A DNA stretch of 42,563 nt from Planctomycetota bacterium. Lineage in GTDB: Bacteria; Planctomycetota; UBA1135; UBA2386. The stretch's first letter is position 1. The number at the start of each line of letters is the position of its first letter. The stretch is taken from positions 1 to 42,563 of the forward strand of contig JBEITC010000002.1 in the NCBI GenBank assembly GCA_040375075.1. Direction: 5' to 3'. Under the pieces are notes generated by a model. The model was not told where the DNA came from. It was given only the letters and a program-made list of their open reading frames with translations, and did no database searches. Below are positions 28,566 to 40,245 of the stretch, piece after piece. Both the position numbers and the translations under genes were made by a program.

Positions 28566-29864
28566 TCAGATGTTTTGGAACTTGAGCGACTCGGCGAGCC
28601 GCGGATCGCGGACCGGCACCAGGTTGGTGCGGCGCACGTTCATCAGCACGAAGCCGCCGAGCAGGGCCAACAGGCCGACGTAGCAGCCGAAGTCCGCCCA
28701 GCTGATCGTGTGCAGGTACGCGCCGAACTCGTGCGCGAAGCCGCCGTGGGCAGCTTCGCCAGCCGGCGCGGCGTGATCGCCGTGGTCCATGTTCGGCAGG
28801 ATCAGGTACTGCATGTCGATGCAGTGGATGACCAGCAGGAAGATGGCGCCGAAGGCGAGGCCGAGCGGGTGGCGCTTGACGTGCCGCGACATCAGGAAGG
28901 CGAACGGGAACAGGAAGTGCCCGACGATCAGCAGCGTGCCGACGATGGCCCACCCGCCGTGCTGACGGTGCGCGTACCACACCGTCTCCTCGGGCAGGTT
29001 CGCGTACCAGATCAGCATGTACTGGCTGAAGTTCGTGTAGGTCCAGAAGACCATGAACGCGAACAGGAACTTGCCGAGGTCGTGGAAGTGCTCGGTCGTC
29101 ATCGCGCCGGCGAGGTAGCCCTTGCTGCCCAGCCACCGCGTCAGCAGGATCGTGAAGGCGAAGAACGCCATCACGCCGCCGGAGAAGTACGTGATGCCGA
29201 AGATCGTGCTGAACCAGTGCGGGTCCAGCGACATGATCCAGTCGAACGCCGCGAAGGTCGTCGACAGCGCGAACAGCAGCAGGCCCGGCGCGGCGACGCG
29301 CGCGAGGCGCAGGCTGATGGCCGGGTCGCCGCTCTCGTCCTGCTTGATCGACTGGCCGCGGAAGTACGACGCGAGGCCGATCCAGATCGCGAAGTAGATG
29401 GCGGCGCGCACGAAGAAGAAGTTCGTGTTGAGCCAGGCGCTCTTGCCCGCGAGCACCGAGTCGTAGTTCGGCTTGGCGGGGTCGATCTGCGCGTCCATCC
29501 AGTGGTGGTACAGGTCGTGCGAGCCGACCAGGACCGGGACGAACAGCAGCGCCATCACCGGCAGCGCGCCGGCGATGTTCTCGGCGGTGCGGCGCACCAC
29601 GACGCTCCAGCCGGCGCGCGTGATGTGCTGGATCATCGTGAAGAACAGGGCGCCGAGGCAGATGCCCAGCACGCCCATGTAGCCCACGAGGTACGAGAAG
29701 AAGAAGGACTTGCCGCCGGTCGCCCAGGCGGCGCCGATGAGCGCGGCGCCGATGACGAGCAGCGCGAGTTGCGCCTTGGCGAGGTCGCCGTCGCGAACCT
29801 TGGCGGTGACGTTGGGCGCCAACTGCTGCAGGCTCAGGGCGCTTTGATGTGCGTGTGCGGTCAT
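28566..29864 (-). CDS. actF: Alternative Complex III subunit ActF (quinol:cytochrome c oxidoreductase quinone-binding subunit 2)
   Basis: 432-aa polytopic membrane protein in the position and with the size of ActF. ATG at 29864 (MTAHAHQS...) is chosen because the track start at 29945 would overlap actE by 49 nt. Confidence 0.8.
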   Translation of the reverse strand: MTAHAHQSALSLQQLAPNVTAKVRDGDLAKAQLALLVIGAALIGAAWATGGKSFFFSYLVGYMGVLGICLGALFFTMIQHITRAGWSVVVRRTAENIAGALPVMALLFVPVLVGSHDLYHHWMDAQIDPAKPNYDSVLAGKSAWLNTNFFFVRAAIYFAIWIGLASYFRGQSIKQDESGDPAISLRLARVAAPGLLLFALSTTFAAFDWIMSLDPHWFSTIFGITYFSGGVMAFFAFTILLTRWLGSKGYLAGAMTTEHFHDLGKFLFAFMVFWTYTNFSQYMLIWYANLPEETVWYAHRQHGGWAIVGTLLIVGHFLFPFAFLMSRHVKRHPLGLAFGAIFLLVIHCIDMQYLILPNMDHGDHAAPAGEAAHGGFAHEFGAYLHTISWADFGCYVGLLALLGGFVLMNVRRTNLVPVRDPRLAESLKFQNI

Positions 29865-29896
29865 GTGCCAGAACGCTCGGTTAACGGTTCGCTCGG

Positions 29897-30577
29897 TTAC
29901 TTGCTCAGGGACTGCAGGGCGCGGACGTAGTGGACGATCGCCCACCGGTCCTCGACCGACATGCGCGCGCCGTAGGCCGGCATCGTGCCCTTGCCGTTGG
30001 TGATGGCGTCGAAGTACTCGCCGTCGCTCAGGTTGGCGACGCGGTTGTCCTTGCCCTCGCCGGGCTGGAAGTGGAAGTTCGGCACGGCTGCCGGCCAGCG
30101 ACGGCCGACCAGGCCGTGGCCGGTCGGGCCGTTGCCGCCGAGGCCGCTCATGCCGTGGCAGATCGCGCAGTAGATGCCGAAGCGCTCCTTGCCGCGGTCG
30201 ATGACCGAGACCTCCTTGCCGAGGACCATGAACTTGTGGTCGAGCGGCAGCGGGTTGCTCTTCACCCAGTTGCCGGCGGTGTCCTTGTTGGACAACGCGG
30301 CGTTCTCCAGCGAGCCCTGGGCGACGACGATCGGCTTCACGGCCGGCTTGCCGCTCGCTTCCATGGCGACCGGATCGATCACCGGCAGGCGCGACGCGCG
30401 GCCGTCCTTCCAGCCGTCGAAGTCCGTCGCGCCCTGGGCGCGCAGCTTCGGCTGGAAGTCCATGTCGAGCACGAGGTGGACGGGCGGGTCCGAGGAGATG
30501 CCGCCGCGCATGCAGCCGGCGAGTGCTGGCAGCAGCGCCAGGGCCAGCAGCGAGGCCTTCGCGAGGAGTCGGTTCAT
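29897..30577 (-). CDS. actE: ACIII monoheme cytochrome c lipoprotein ActE
   Basis: 226 aa. Lipoprotein signal with lipobox LAGC and a single CAICH heme site. Confidence 0.82.
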   Translation of the reverse strand: MNRLLAKASLLALALLPALAGCMRGGISSDPPVHLVLDMDFQPKLRAQGATDFDGWKDGRASRLPVIDPVAMEASGKPAVKPIVVAQGSLENAALSNKDTAGNWVKSNPLPLDHKFMVLGKEVSVIDRGKERFGIYCAICHGMSGLGGNGPTGHGLVGRRWPAAVPNFHFQPGEGKDNRVANLSDGEYFDAITNGKGTMPAYGARMSVEDRWAIVHYVRALQSLSK

Positions 30578-30581
30578 CGGA

Positions 30582-31118
30582 TCAGTCCTCCACCACGGCG
30601 ACGTTCTTGCCGCCGATGCTCTCGAGGAAGCGCACGGTCTGCGTGCTGTCGAACTTGGGATCGGTCGCCTCGATCGACAGGAAGAACCGGTCGTCGGTGA
30701 CGCGCCAGAAGGTCTTGTGGGCGAAGATCGGGTGGTGCAGGCGCGGCAGCTTGTTGAGGCCGAACATGCCGAACACCGCCGTGATGCCGGAGAGCAGCAC
30801 CATCAGCTCGAACGTGATCGGGATCGTCGTCTCCCAGGCGTACGGCGTCTTGCCGGACACCCAGATGACGTAGTCGACGCCGTTCATCCACCACATCATC
30901 AGCTGCGCGAGGCAGATGCCGGTGATGCCGCCGCACAGGACCAGCCAGCCGAGCGGGCTGGGTCCCTGCTTGAGCGCCTTGTCGAGGCCGTGCACCGGGA
31001 AGGGCGTGTGCGCGTCGACGCGGGTGTAGCCATGAGCGGTGGTCTTCTCCGCCGCCTGGTAGATGGCACTGGCCGATTCGAACTCGGCGACGATGCCCCA
31101 CTTCTGCGTGTTCGTCAT
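30582..31118 (-). CDS. actD: ACIII membrane subunit ActD (DUF3341)
   Basis: 178 aa. WGIVAEFESASAIYQAAEKTTAHGYTRVDAHTPFPVHGLDKAL matches the DUF3341/ActD N-terminal domain, followed by 2 TM helices. Confidence 0.82.
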   Translation of the reverse strand: MTNTQKWGIVAEFESASAIYQAAEKTTAHGYTRVDAHTPFPVHGLDKALKQGPSPLGWLVLCGGITGICLAQLMMWWMNGVDYVIWVSGKTPYAWETTIPITFELMVLLSGITAVFGMFGLNKLPRLHHPIFAHKTFWRVTDDRFFLSIEATDPKFDSTQTVRFLESIGGKNVAVVED

Positions 31119-31128
31119 GGCGTGATCC

Positions 31129-32553
<1,425 letters not shown>

Positions 32554-32558
32554 CGGGG

Positions 32559-35500
32559 TCAGGCCTCGGCGGTGAGTTCGGGGTTCGGGTTGCGCACGCG
32601 ACCGAGATACGTCGTGCGGGGCTTCGTGTTGAGCTCGGAGAGCAGCCCGTAGTTGAGGTCGAGCTTCGCCAGCTTGGCGACGCCGCTGTTCACGTCGAGC
32701 AGGTTGCCGAACGTGATCGCCTGCGTCGGGCAGGCCTGCGCGCAGGCGGTGGTCACCTGCACGTCGTCCTTGCCTTCGCCGACCTTCTTGGCGGTCAGCT
32801 TGGCCTGGATGCGCGCGCCGTTGATGCGCTGCACGCAGTACGTGCACTTCTCCATCACGCCGCGGCTGCGCACGGTGACGTCCGGGTTGAACGCCATGCG
32901 CTTCGTGTCCGGCACGTTGCCGATGTAGTCCAGGTAGTTGTACCGGCGGACCTTGTACGGGCAGTTGTTGCTGCAGTAGCGCGTGCCGATGCAGCGGTTG
33001 TAGACCATGTCGTTGAGGCCGTCCGGGCTGTGGACGGTCGCGGCGACGGGGCACACCGACTCGCACGGCGCGTTCTCGCACTGCATGCACGGCACCGGCA
33101 TGTGCGCGACCTGCGGATCCTCGGCGGCGTTGAGGTTGTCACCCGCCTTGCTGCCGAAGTAGCGGTCCGTGCGGATCCAGAACATCTCGCGGTTCCGGCG
33201 CACCTGGATCTTGCCGACCATCGGCACGTTGTTCTCGGCGACGCAGGCGACCATGCAGGCGCTGCAGCCGGTGCACGCGTTGAGGTCGATGACCATGCCC
33301 CACTGGTAGGGCGACTTCATCACCTCGGGGTCCTTGCGCGACGGGTCGTAGCGCTCGGTCCACAGCGAGTTGTTGAGGTCCTTCTCGACCTTGCCCTTCA
33401 GCGCGGCGGCCTTGTCGAGCGGCGACATCTTCTGGGCCCAACGCGGATCGGCCTCGTTGGTCTTGGCCGACGCCTCGCGCACGATCGCGCGACCGGCCAT
33501 CGTGCCCTGCTCCTGCGTCGTCACCAGGTCGTAGCGGCCCTGGCCGCGGCCCACCTGGGCGCCGACGAGGATCGACTTGCCGGCGTCGCGCAGGACGTAG
33601 GCGTTGAAGCCGGTCTCCTTGGCGACCTTGCACGACTCGGGCAGCTTGCGGCCCCAGCCGAGGTTGATCGTCACGCTGTCGTCGGCGTGGCCGGGAACGA
33701 TCCAGGCCGGGATCTGCAGCGTCGCCGGCGCGCCATTGACCGTCGTGGTGACGGTCAGCATGTCGCCGTTCTCGACGCCGAGCTTCTGGGCCGTCGCCAT
33801 GCTGACGCATGCGGCGTTGTCCCAGCAGAGCTTGGTCACCGGCTCGGGGATCTCCTGCATCCACGAGTTGTTGGCGAAGCGGCCGTCGCCCATCTTGGCG
33901 CAGGCGCGCAGCACGACTTCCGTGCCCGTGGCCTTCGGCAGCGCGGCCACCGCCGCGGCGGCCGCGGCGGCGTTCGCCGTGGCGGCTTCGGCCGCGAGCG
34001 CGGTGCCCGCGACGACGCCTTCGTGCAGCGCCTTCGGCCACCAATTGGTCTCGAAGTCGGCGGCGCCGGTCTTCTCCTGCCACGTCTGCTTGACCAGCGC
34101 GTAGCCGTACGTCGTGTCACGCGCCGCGACGAGGTCGGCGGGGTTGCCTTCCTGGTTGATCAGCGCGAGGAACTCCAGCGCGCTGACGCCGCCGTGCAGC
34201 GGCGCGATCAACGGCTGCTGCACCGAGACGGTGCCGTCGTGTGCGCAGGCGTCGCCCCAGCACTCGAGGTCGTGCGCGATCGGGAAGTGCCAGTCGCACA
34301 GCTGCGCGGTCTCGTCCTCGTGGCTGCCGACGTGGATCGTCGTCTTGGGCTTCTTGCCCTTGAGCAGCTCGCCGAAGCCGAGGTCCGCCGGCGCGTCGTA
34401 GACGGGGTTCGTGCCGAGGCACACGAGCATCTTGCAGGCGCCCTGGCCGATGGCGGCCGCGAGCTCCTGGATCGACGGCACGCACTTCTGCTCGAGGCCG
34501 ACGGGCGTCGCCGTGTAGGTGACGGTCTGGCCGACGGCGCCGATCGACTCGTTGATGGCGTTCACCAGCGCGTGGACAGCGGCCGGCTGGCGCGGGCCGC
34601 AGACGACCAACGCGCGACCGCTCTGCGCCTTCAGGTCCTTGGCGACGATCGGCAGCCACTTCTTGCCGTCCTTGACGAACGGGTCGGCGCTGAAGCTGGC
34701 GAAGTCGCCGGCGACGCCGAGTTCCTTGGCGAGCGCACCGGCGATCGCCGCGACGTCCGAGGACTTCACGCGGAAGCGGTGGTCGGCGGCAGTGCCGGTC
34801 GTCGTGTACATCGACTCGGCGACGTACAGGCGCGACAGCTTCTTGCCCTTGCCCGGAGCGCGGCGGCCTTCCGCCCACTGACGCGCCGAGCGCAGGCTGT
34901 TGCCGTCGGTGGCGAGGAAGTCGCTGTCGAGCGACAGCACGACGTCGGCCTTGCTGAAGTCGTGGTGCGCGGTGAGCGCCTTGCCGAACGCCAGCTGCGC
35001 GCCGTCGAGCTCGTTGTCCTGGTGCAGCGCGTTCCACACGTGGAACTTCGCCTTCGGGAAGCTGCCGCCCTTCATGCGGGCGACCAGCGCCTGCATCGTC
35101 GGCGACGACGTCGGCGCCATCAGCACGTTCAGGCCTTCGCCCTGCGCGTTGACGATCGCCTTGAACTCGTCACCCTGCGTCCACTTGTCGAACTCGGCCC
35201 AGATGTCCGGCTCGGCGTGCGCATGGCCGTGGCCATGGTCGTCGTGCGCTTCGTGGGTGTGGCTCATCGGCCCGCGCGCCTTGCGGCTGCGACCGACGTC
35301 GTAGAGCTGGATCAGTTCGGCCTGCAGCTGCAGGTCCGAGCCGCCGAGGCTGCTCGGGTGCGCCGCGTTGCCCTCGATCTTCGTCGGGCGGCCGTCGTTG
35401 CTCTTCACCAGCACGCCGATGCCGCGGCCGCCGCGCATCAGCGTGGTGGCGTAGAAGTGCGGCACGCCGGGCGTGTAGCCACCGGGGCGCTTGTTGAACG

Positions 35501-35750
35501 GCAGGATCTTGGTGACCGGCTTGCGGCAGCTGGTCAGGCCGGCGAGCGCGACCGAAGCCGCGACGGCGCCGAGGAAACCGCGGCGCGACACGTCGTCCGG
35601 CGCCTCGGTGATGCCCTCGGGGAACTCACGCGCCAGCGTCGCCTGGAACTCGGGCGAGTTCTCCAGCTGGCCGAGGCTGCGCCAGTAGGTCGTTTCCGTG
35701 GTCTGGGTAGCGTTCATGGGCGACACGGTCGGATGCGGGACGGCGCTCAT
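32559..35750 (-). CDS. actB: ACIII subunit ActB (fused molybdopterin-oxidoreductase-like and 4Fe-4S ferredoxin domains)
   Basis: 1063 aa. Has a twin-arginine-like signal [21 protein letters not shown]. The C-terminal part has multiple Cys clusters ([41 protein letters not shown]). The ATG at 35750 overlaps the actA stop as ATGA. An alternative ATG lies at 35717. Confidence 0.9.
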   Translation of the reverse strand: MSAVPHPTVSPMNATQTTETTYWRSLGQLENSPEFQATLAREFPEGITEAPDDVSRRGFLGAVAASVALAGLTSCRKPVTKILPFNKRPGGYTPGVPHFYATTLMRGGRGIGVLVKSNDGRPTKIEGNAAHPSSLGGSDLQLQAELIQLYDVGRSRKARGPMSHTHEAHDDHGHGHAHAEPDIWAEFDKWTQGDEFKAIVNAQGEGLNVLMAPTSSPTMQALVARMKGGSFPKAKFHVWNALHQDNELDGAQLAFGKALTAHHDFSKADVVLSLDSDFLATDGNSLRSARQWAEGRRAPGKGKKLSRLYVAESMYTTTGTAADHRFRVKSSDVAAIAGALAKELGVAGDFASFSADPFVKDGKKWLPIVAKDLKAQSGRALVVCGPRQPAAVHALVNAINESIGAVGQTVTYTATPVGLEQKCVPSIQELAAAIGQGACKMLVCLGTNPVYDAPADLGFGELLKGKKPKTTIHVGSHEDETAQLCDWHFPIAHDLECWGDACAHDGTVSVQQPLIAPLHGGVSALEFLALINQEGNPADLVAARDTTYGYALVKQTWQEKTGAADFETNWWPKALHEGVVAGTALAAEAATANAAAAAAAVAALPKATGTEVVLRACAKMGDGRFANNSWMQEIPEPVTKLCWDNAACVSMATAQKLGVENGDMLTVTTTVNGAPATLQIPAWIVPGHADDSVTINLGWGRKLPESCKVAKETGFNAYVLRDAGKSILVGAQVGRGQGRYDLVTTQEQGTMAGRAIVREASAKTNEADPRWAQKMSPLDKAAALKGKVEKDLNNSLWTERYDPSRKDPEVMKSPYQWGMVIDLNACTGCSACMVACVAENNVPMVGKIQVRRNREMFWIRTDRYFGSKAGDNLNAAEDPQVAHMPVPCMQCENAPCESVCPVAATVHSPDGLNDMVYNRCIGTRYCSNNCPYKVRRYNYLDYIGNVPDTKRMAFNPDVTVRSRGVMEKCTYCVQRINGARIQAKLTAKKVGEGKDDVQVTTACAQACPTQAITFGNLLDVNSGVAKLAKLDLNYGLLSELNTKPRTTYLGRVRNPNPELTAEA

Positions 35751-36424
35751 CGGTGGCACGCCGAGCAGTGGGTCGGGGGATTGAGGACCGGGGCGTTGTC
35801 GCCCTGCCACTCGAGGAGCTTCTTCGCGGCGGCCACGCTGTCGGCCGTCGGGGCCCAATCCATCTGCGTCGGCGAGACGCCGGCGGGACGGATGTGCGGG
35901 GTCGGGTCGCGGTGGCACTCGAGGCACCAACCCATGCTCAGCGGCTCGACCTGACGGACGATCTCCATCTGGTCGACGCGGCCGTGGCAGCTCGTGCAGC
36001 CGACGTTGGCGCGCGCGTGCACCGCGTGATTGAAGTAGGCGTACTGCGGCAGCAGGTGGACCTTCACCCACTCGACCGGCTTGTTGTCGCCCTTGCCGTC
36101 ACCGTACGCGTCGCGCAGCGGCGCGAGCGCGAGGCTGTCCTTCTTGACGTTGGCATGGCAGCCCATGCACGTGTCGGCGTCCGGCACCGTCGCGTGCGGG
36201 CCGTTCTCGACCATGCGGTGGCAGTAGCGGCAGTCCATGCCGAGCGCGCCCGCGTGCAGCTTGTGGCTGTAGTCGATCGGCTGGTACGGCTGGTAGCCGA
36301 CGTCCGTGTGCTTCGGCGAGAACCAGTACGTGACGACGAACACCACGAACAGACCGGTCGCTGCTGCACCCAGTGCAAGGAATGCAGGCAGCTTGTTGGT
36401 CCACTTGGGGAACAGGACGGTCAA
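35747..36424 (-). CDS. actA: ACIII pentaheme cytochrome c subunit ActA
   Basis: Five CxxCH sites (CRYCH, CMGCH, CTSCH, CLECH, CSACH) and an N-terminal anchor FPKWTNKLP. I place the start at the TTG at 36424, which has GGAGGGG 7-9 nt upstream. The track ATG at 36496 would add 24 Arg/Pro-rich residues. Confidence 0.88.
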   Translation of the reverse strand: MTVLFPKWTNKLPAFLALGAAATGLFVVFVVTYWFSPKHTDVGYQPYQPIDYSHKLHAGALGMDCRYCHRMVENGPHATVPDADTCMGCHANVKKDSLALAPLRDAYGDGKGDNKPVEWVKVHLLPQYAYFNHAVHARANVGCTSCHGRVDQMEIVRQVEPLSMGWCLECHRDPTPHIRPAGVSPTQMDWAPTADSVAAAKKLLEWQGDNAPVLNPPTHCSACHR

Positions 36425-36595
36425 GTTGGATCCCCTCCGAGGGTGGGGATTGGGGGGTTGCGGACGCTGGGGCTGTCGGCGGCGCCGAGGGCACATGGGG
36501 GCCGCCCTGCGTCAGCGCTCTTGTCCGCCGTAAACCGGTTGGCGGGACGAGAACACAGCCGCGGGGCATGTGCGGTCAGCCCAGAAAGGGCAGCC

Positions 36596-36623
36596 ATCTA
36601 AAAGACCGCCGAAGTCCGGTCAA
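36596..36623 (-). promoter_or_regulatory. Candidate sigma-70-type promoter for the act-cox operon
   Basis: On the minus strand: TTGACC (36623-36618), a 16-nt spacer, then TTAGAT (36601-36596). It lies in the least GC-rich part of the 256-bp gap upstream of actA. This is a by-eye consensus match only. Confidence 0.25.
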
Positions 36624-36680
36624 TTTCAGAGTGGTGAGAAACTGCGAACTACCTGTGGGAAGTCGCCCCTGTCGGGGCCG

Positions 36681-37838
36681 TCACCACGCCGCGTGCCGGC
36701 GCACGAACTCTGCGATTGCGGGCGCTGCAAGGGCTTGCGCCTGGGGGTTGGCGTGCGGGTCGGCCGGCGTGACCCAGAGGTCCGCGTCCGGGGTACCGGC
36801 GAGGGTCGGCAGCAGGTCGAGGCAGGGAATGGCTGCGGCCGCGCAGTCGGCGGCGACCAGTTCGTGCAGCTTGCGGAACGGGTAGTGGCGGCCAGGCCCA
36901 AGCCCCTGCAGGAAGGGCCAAACGACGACCATGAGGGGCACCTTGCGGGCGTCGCACCAGGCCTTGGCCTCGCGCACCGACTTTTGCGGAACCCCTTTTG
37001 CCCACATGGCTTCGAACGGCTTGTTTGAGGGATCGTAGAGTCCGGCAGCCTCCCCCTCGGCGCGCGGCAGGGCCAGCAGTTGTCCGACCCAGTCGTAGTC
37101 GGGGTCGAGATCCAGCGGGCTGCGTCCGAGGGCGCCGAGCGCCAGGTCAACGGTTCGCCAACCGGTCGCCGGCGACGGCCCGAGCACGTTCAGGCCGCTG
37201 CTCGGGATCAGGTCGTTGAGGCAAAGGGTGAGTACGACTGCATCGGGCTGAAAGACGGCGAACCGATGCTGCAGCCCGAACCAGTACTCGTCGACGCAGA
37301 CGGTGCCGGCGGCACCGCAGTTGACGGTGCGGACATCGCCGCCGCCGGTGCGCAGGCTGTTCTCCAGCAACCGCACCCAGCCGAGTTCTTCGGGGATCCC
37401 CCACCCGAAGGTGAACGAATCGCCGACGCAGAGCACGCGCCGCTGGCCAGCTGGCTTGTCCGGCGTGATCTCGTCGCGCTCGCGCAGGCCGAAGCGGTTG
37501 ATGCGGACCGGCACGCGTCCCTGCGCGTCGAGCCAGTCGCGCCGCAGCACGTCGTTGTCGGTGTAGCAGAGGTAGAAGGTCTGCCCCGGCGCGAACATGA
37601 ACCGCGGCCGATCCATCGGCAGCGGCGGCGGGACCGGGACGATCAGGCCACGCTGCAGACCCTCGGCGAAGGTGATCGGTCGGCCCTCGGCGTCGGCGTA
37701 GCTGAGACGGCCCAACGGTTGCGGCGTCGGCAACTGTCTCAAGACGAACTCGGCGGCGCCGAGCGCGAACAGCGTGGCGACGCACGCGAACAGCGCGCTG
37801 GCAACGGCGCGGCGCCGACGGTTCGGAGGCACTGCCAT
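36681..37838 (-). CDS. SGNH/GDSL-family hydrolase with an N-terminal membrane anchor
   Basis: 385 aa from the ATG at 37838 (MAVPPNRRRRAVASALFACVATLFALGAA). Has block I VLCVGDSFTFGWG and block III LTLCLNDL. The track GTG at 37931 would leave only 3 nt to the divergent gene and is rejected. Confidence 0.75.
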   Translation of the reverse strand: MAVPPNRRRRAVASALFACVATLFALGAAEFVLRQLPTPQPLGRLSYADAEGRPITFAEGLQRGLIVPVPPPLPMDRPRFMFAPGQTFYLCYTDNDVLRRDWLDAQGRVPVRINRFGLRERDEITPDKPAGQRRVLCVGDSFTFGWGIPEELGWVRLLENSLRTGGGDVRTVNCGAAGTVCVDEYWFGLQHRFAVFQPDAVVLTLCLNDLIPSSGLNVLGPSPATGWRTVDLALGALGRSPLDLDPDYDWVGQLLALPRAEGEAAGLYDPSNKPFEAMWAKGVPQKSVREAKAWCDARKVPLMVVVWPFLQGLGPGRHYPFRKLHELVAADCAAAAIPCLDLLPTLAGTPDADLWVTPADPHANPQAQALAAPAIAEFVRRHAAW

Positions 37839-37934
37839 GGTCGTCTGGTTTGCGGCGAGGGGGAAAAAACCGTACGGGTCGCCTGCGTCGAGGCAGAATG
37901 CAGACGGACGCATGTCGCGACCGTCGCTCACCTG

Positions 37935-39785
37935 ATGTCGACCTACATCCTAGGCATCTCGGCCTTCTACCACGACTCCGCTGCCGCGCTGTTGCGTGAC
38001 GGCGAAATCGTCGCTGCGGCGCAGGAGGAGCGGTTCACGCGCAAGAAGCACGACCCGGGCTTCCCCGCGCGCGCCGTCGAGTTCGCGCTGCAGCAGGCGG
38101 GCATCACCGCGAAGGACCTCGACTTCGTCGCCTTCTACGACAAGCCGATCCTGAAGTTCCACCGGCTGCTCGAGACCTACCTCGCGTTCGCGCCGGTCGG
38201 CCTCTCGTCGTTCAAGCGCATGCTGCCGGTGTGGCTCGGCGACAAGCTGCACATGCGCGGCCTGCTGACCAAGAGCCTCGGCTGCAAGCCGAAGAACCGC
38301 TACGTCTTCCCCGAGCACCACGAGAGCCACGCGGCGAGCGCGTTCTTTCCGTCGCCGTTCGAAGAGGCCGCGGTGCTGACGATGGACGGCGTCGGCGAGT
38401 GGGCGACCACGTCGCTCGGCGTCGGCGAGGGCAACCGGATGCGGTTGCTGCAGGAGATCCGCTTCCCGCACTCGCTCGGCCTGCTCTACAGCGCCTTCAC
38501 CTACTACTGCGGCTTCAAGGTCAACAGCGGCGAGTACAAGCTGATGGGCCTCGCGCCCTACGGCGAGCCGCGCTTCGAGAAGCTGATCCGCGAGCGCCTG
38601 ATCGACATCCGCGAAGACGGCAGCTACCGGCTCGACCTGTCGTACTTCAACTATTGCCAGGGGCTCACGATGACGAGCCCGAAGTTCGACGCGCTGTTCG
38701 GCATGCCGGCGCGCAAGTCGGAGTCGCAACTGGAGCAGGTCCACATGGACCTCGCCGCGTCGATCCAGAAGGTCACCGAGGACGTCATGCTCAAGACGGC
38801 CCGGCACGCCCACAAGGTCACTGGCAAGAAGAACCTGTGCCTCGCCGGCGGCGTGGCGCTGAACTGCGTCGGCAACGGCGTGATCCTCCGCGAGAGCCCG
38901 TTCGAGAAGATCTGGATCCAGCCGGCGGCCGGCGACGCCGGCGGCGCGCTCGGCGCCGCCCAGCTCGTCTGGCACAACCTGCTCGGCAAGCCGCGCACGG
39001 TGAAGCCCACCGACAGCCAGCGCGGCAGCTTGCTCGGGCCGAGGTACGAGTCGAAGGACATCAAGTCGTTCCTCGACGCGCAGGGGGTCGTCTACGAGGA
39101 GCACGTGACGAAGGACGGCGCGGCCGACGAAGCCGCGCTCGCCGATCGCGTCGCGCAGCTGATCGAGCAGGAGAACGTGATCGGCTGGTTCCAGGGCCCG
39201 ATGGAGTTCGGCCCGCGCGCGCTCGGTTCGCGCAGCATCATCGGCGACGCGCGCTCGCCGAAGATGCAGAGCGTGATGAACCTGAAGATCAAGTTCCGCG
39301 AGTCGTTCCGCCCGTTCGCGCCGATCGTGCTGCGCGAGCGCGCGAGCGACTACTTCGACATCGAGCCGCAGCACGACAGCCCGTACATGCTGATCGTCGC
39401 GCCGGTGCGGCAGGAGAAGCGCAAGCCGGTCCAGGCCGGCGCCGTCGGCCTCGACAAGCTCAAGCAGCTGCGTTCGGTGGTGCCCGCGGTCACGCACGTC
39501 GACTTCTCGGCGCGCCTGCAGACCGTCGACGGCGAGCGCAACCCGCGCCTCGCGCGGCTCATGCGCCGCTTCGAGGAGCGCACCGGATGCCCGGTGCTGA
39601 TCAACACCAGCTTCAACGTCCGCGGCGAGCCGATCGTCTGCACGCCGCAGGACGCGCTGCGCTGCTGCCTCGGCACCGAGATGGACGTGCTGGTGCTGGA
39701 GAACTTCGTCATCCGTCGCGCCGCGCAGAAGAACCTGCCGGTCATCGACCGCGAGAAGTACCTCGCGTCCTTCCAGCTGGACTGA
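37935..39785 (+). CDS. NodU/CmcH-family carbamoyltransferase
   Basis: 616 aa. MSTYILGISAFYHDSAAALLRDGEIVAAAQEERFTRKKHD is the canonical family N-terminus. C-terminal motifs are TSFNVRGEPIVCTPQDA. The upstream 285 codons of the track ORF are antisense to the hydrolase and are rejected. Confidence 0.9.
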   Translation: MSTYILGISAFYHDSAAALLRDGEIVAAAQEERFTRKKHDPGFPARAVEFALQQAGITAKDLDFVAFYDKPILKFHRLLETYLAFAPVGLSSFKRMLPVWLGDKLHMRGLLTKSLGCKPKNRYVFPEHHESHAASAFFPSPFEEAAVLTMDGVGEWATTSLGVGEGNRMRLLQEIRFPHSLGLLYSAFTYYCGFKVNSGEYKLMGLAPYGEPRFEKLIRERLIDIREDGSYRLDLSYFNYCQGLTMTSPKFDALFGMPARKSESQLEQVHMDLAASIQKVTEDVMLKTARHAHKVTGKKNLCLAGGVALNCVGNGVILRESPFEKIWIQPAAGDAGGALGAAQLVWHNLLGKPRTVKPTDSQRGSLLGPRYESKDIKSFLDAQGVVYEEHVTKDGAADEAALADRVAQLIEQENVIGWFQGPMEFGPRALGSRSIIGDARSPKMQSVMNLKIKFRESFRPFAPIVLRERASDYFDIEPQHDSPYMLIVAPVRQEKRKPVQAGAVGLDKLKQLRSVVPAVTHVDFSARLQTVDGERNPRLARLMRRFEERTGCPVLINTSFNVRGEPIVCTPQDALRCCLGTEMDVLVLENFVIRRAAQKNLPVIDREKYLASFQLD

Positions 39786-39790
39786 CCGCC

Positions 39791-40237
39791 ATGAAGCTCC
39801 AACTGCAGCCCGATCGGCGCATGCTGCGCCAGTTCGCCTGGGCCTCGCTGGTCCTGCTGCCGACCGTCGCGTGGTTCCTGGCGTGGCGGCACGGCTTGCC
39901 GACCCCGTGGGCGCTCGCGATCGGCGGCCTCGGCGTGCTCGTCGCGCTCGCGCAGATCGGCGCCTTCCTCGTCAGCGAGGCGCTCGGCGCGCTGCTGGAG
40001 AAGGCGATCGCCAAGCCGGTGTTCCAGGGGCTGATGCTCGTCGCGTTCCCGATCGGCCTCGTCGTCTCGACCGTCCTGATCGCGGCGATCTTCTACGTCG
40101 TCATCACGCCGATCGGCCTCGTCTTCCGCGTCATCGGTCGCGACGTCATGGGCAAGCGCCTCGATCCGTCCAAGGCGACCTATTGGCACGAGCGGGGCGC
40201 GCCGCGACCGGCCACCAGCTACTTCAAGCTCTACTGA
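39791..40237 (+). CDS. SxtJ-like small membrane protein
   Basis: 148 aa with 3-4 TM helices. The conserved tail is ITPIGLVFRVIGRDVMGKRLD. The start is 5 nt after the carbamoyltransferase stop. The assignment rests on gene context and motif memory. Confidence 0.7.
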   Translation: MKLQLQPDRRMLRQFAWASLVLLPTVAWFLAWRHGLPTPWALAIGGLGVLVALAQIGAFLVSEALGALLEKAIAKPVFQGLMLVAFPIGLVVSTVLIAAIFYVVITPIGLVFRVIGRDVMGKRLDPSKATYWHERGAPRPATSYFKLY

Positions 40238-40245
40238 AACCGACC

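Noticed and set aside
35031-35046. A 7-2-7 inverted repeat, GTTCCAC-AC-GTGGAAC, with a TTCCAC (DnaA-box-like) core.
   Set aside because: It is a single occurrence buried in actB coding sequence about 30 kb from dnaA, and is most simply explained by chance.
36425-36496. The N-terminal extension of ActA from the longest-ORF ATG.
   Set aside because: The extension is Arg/Pro-rich (MCPRRRRQPQRPQPPNPHPRRGSN), while an SD-preceded TTG gives the conserved FPKWTN N-terminus.
37839-37931. The N-terminal extension of the SGNH hydrolase from the GTG at 37931.
   Set aside because: It would leave 3 nt between divergent start codons, which is no room for promoters. The internal ATG at 37838 gives a typical Arg-rich signal-anchor N-terminus.
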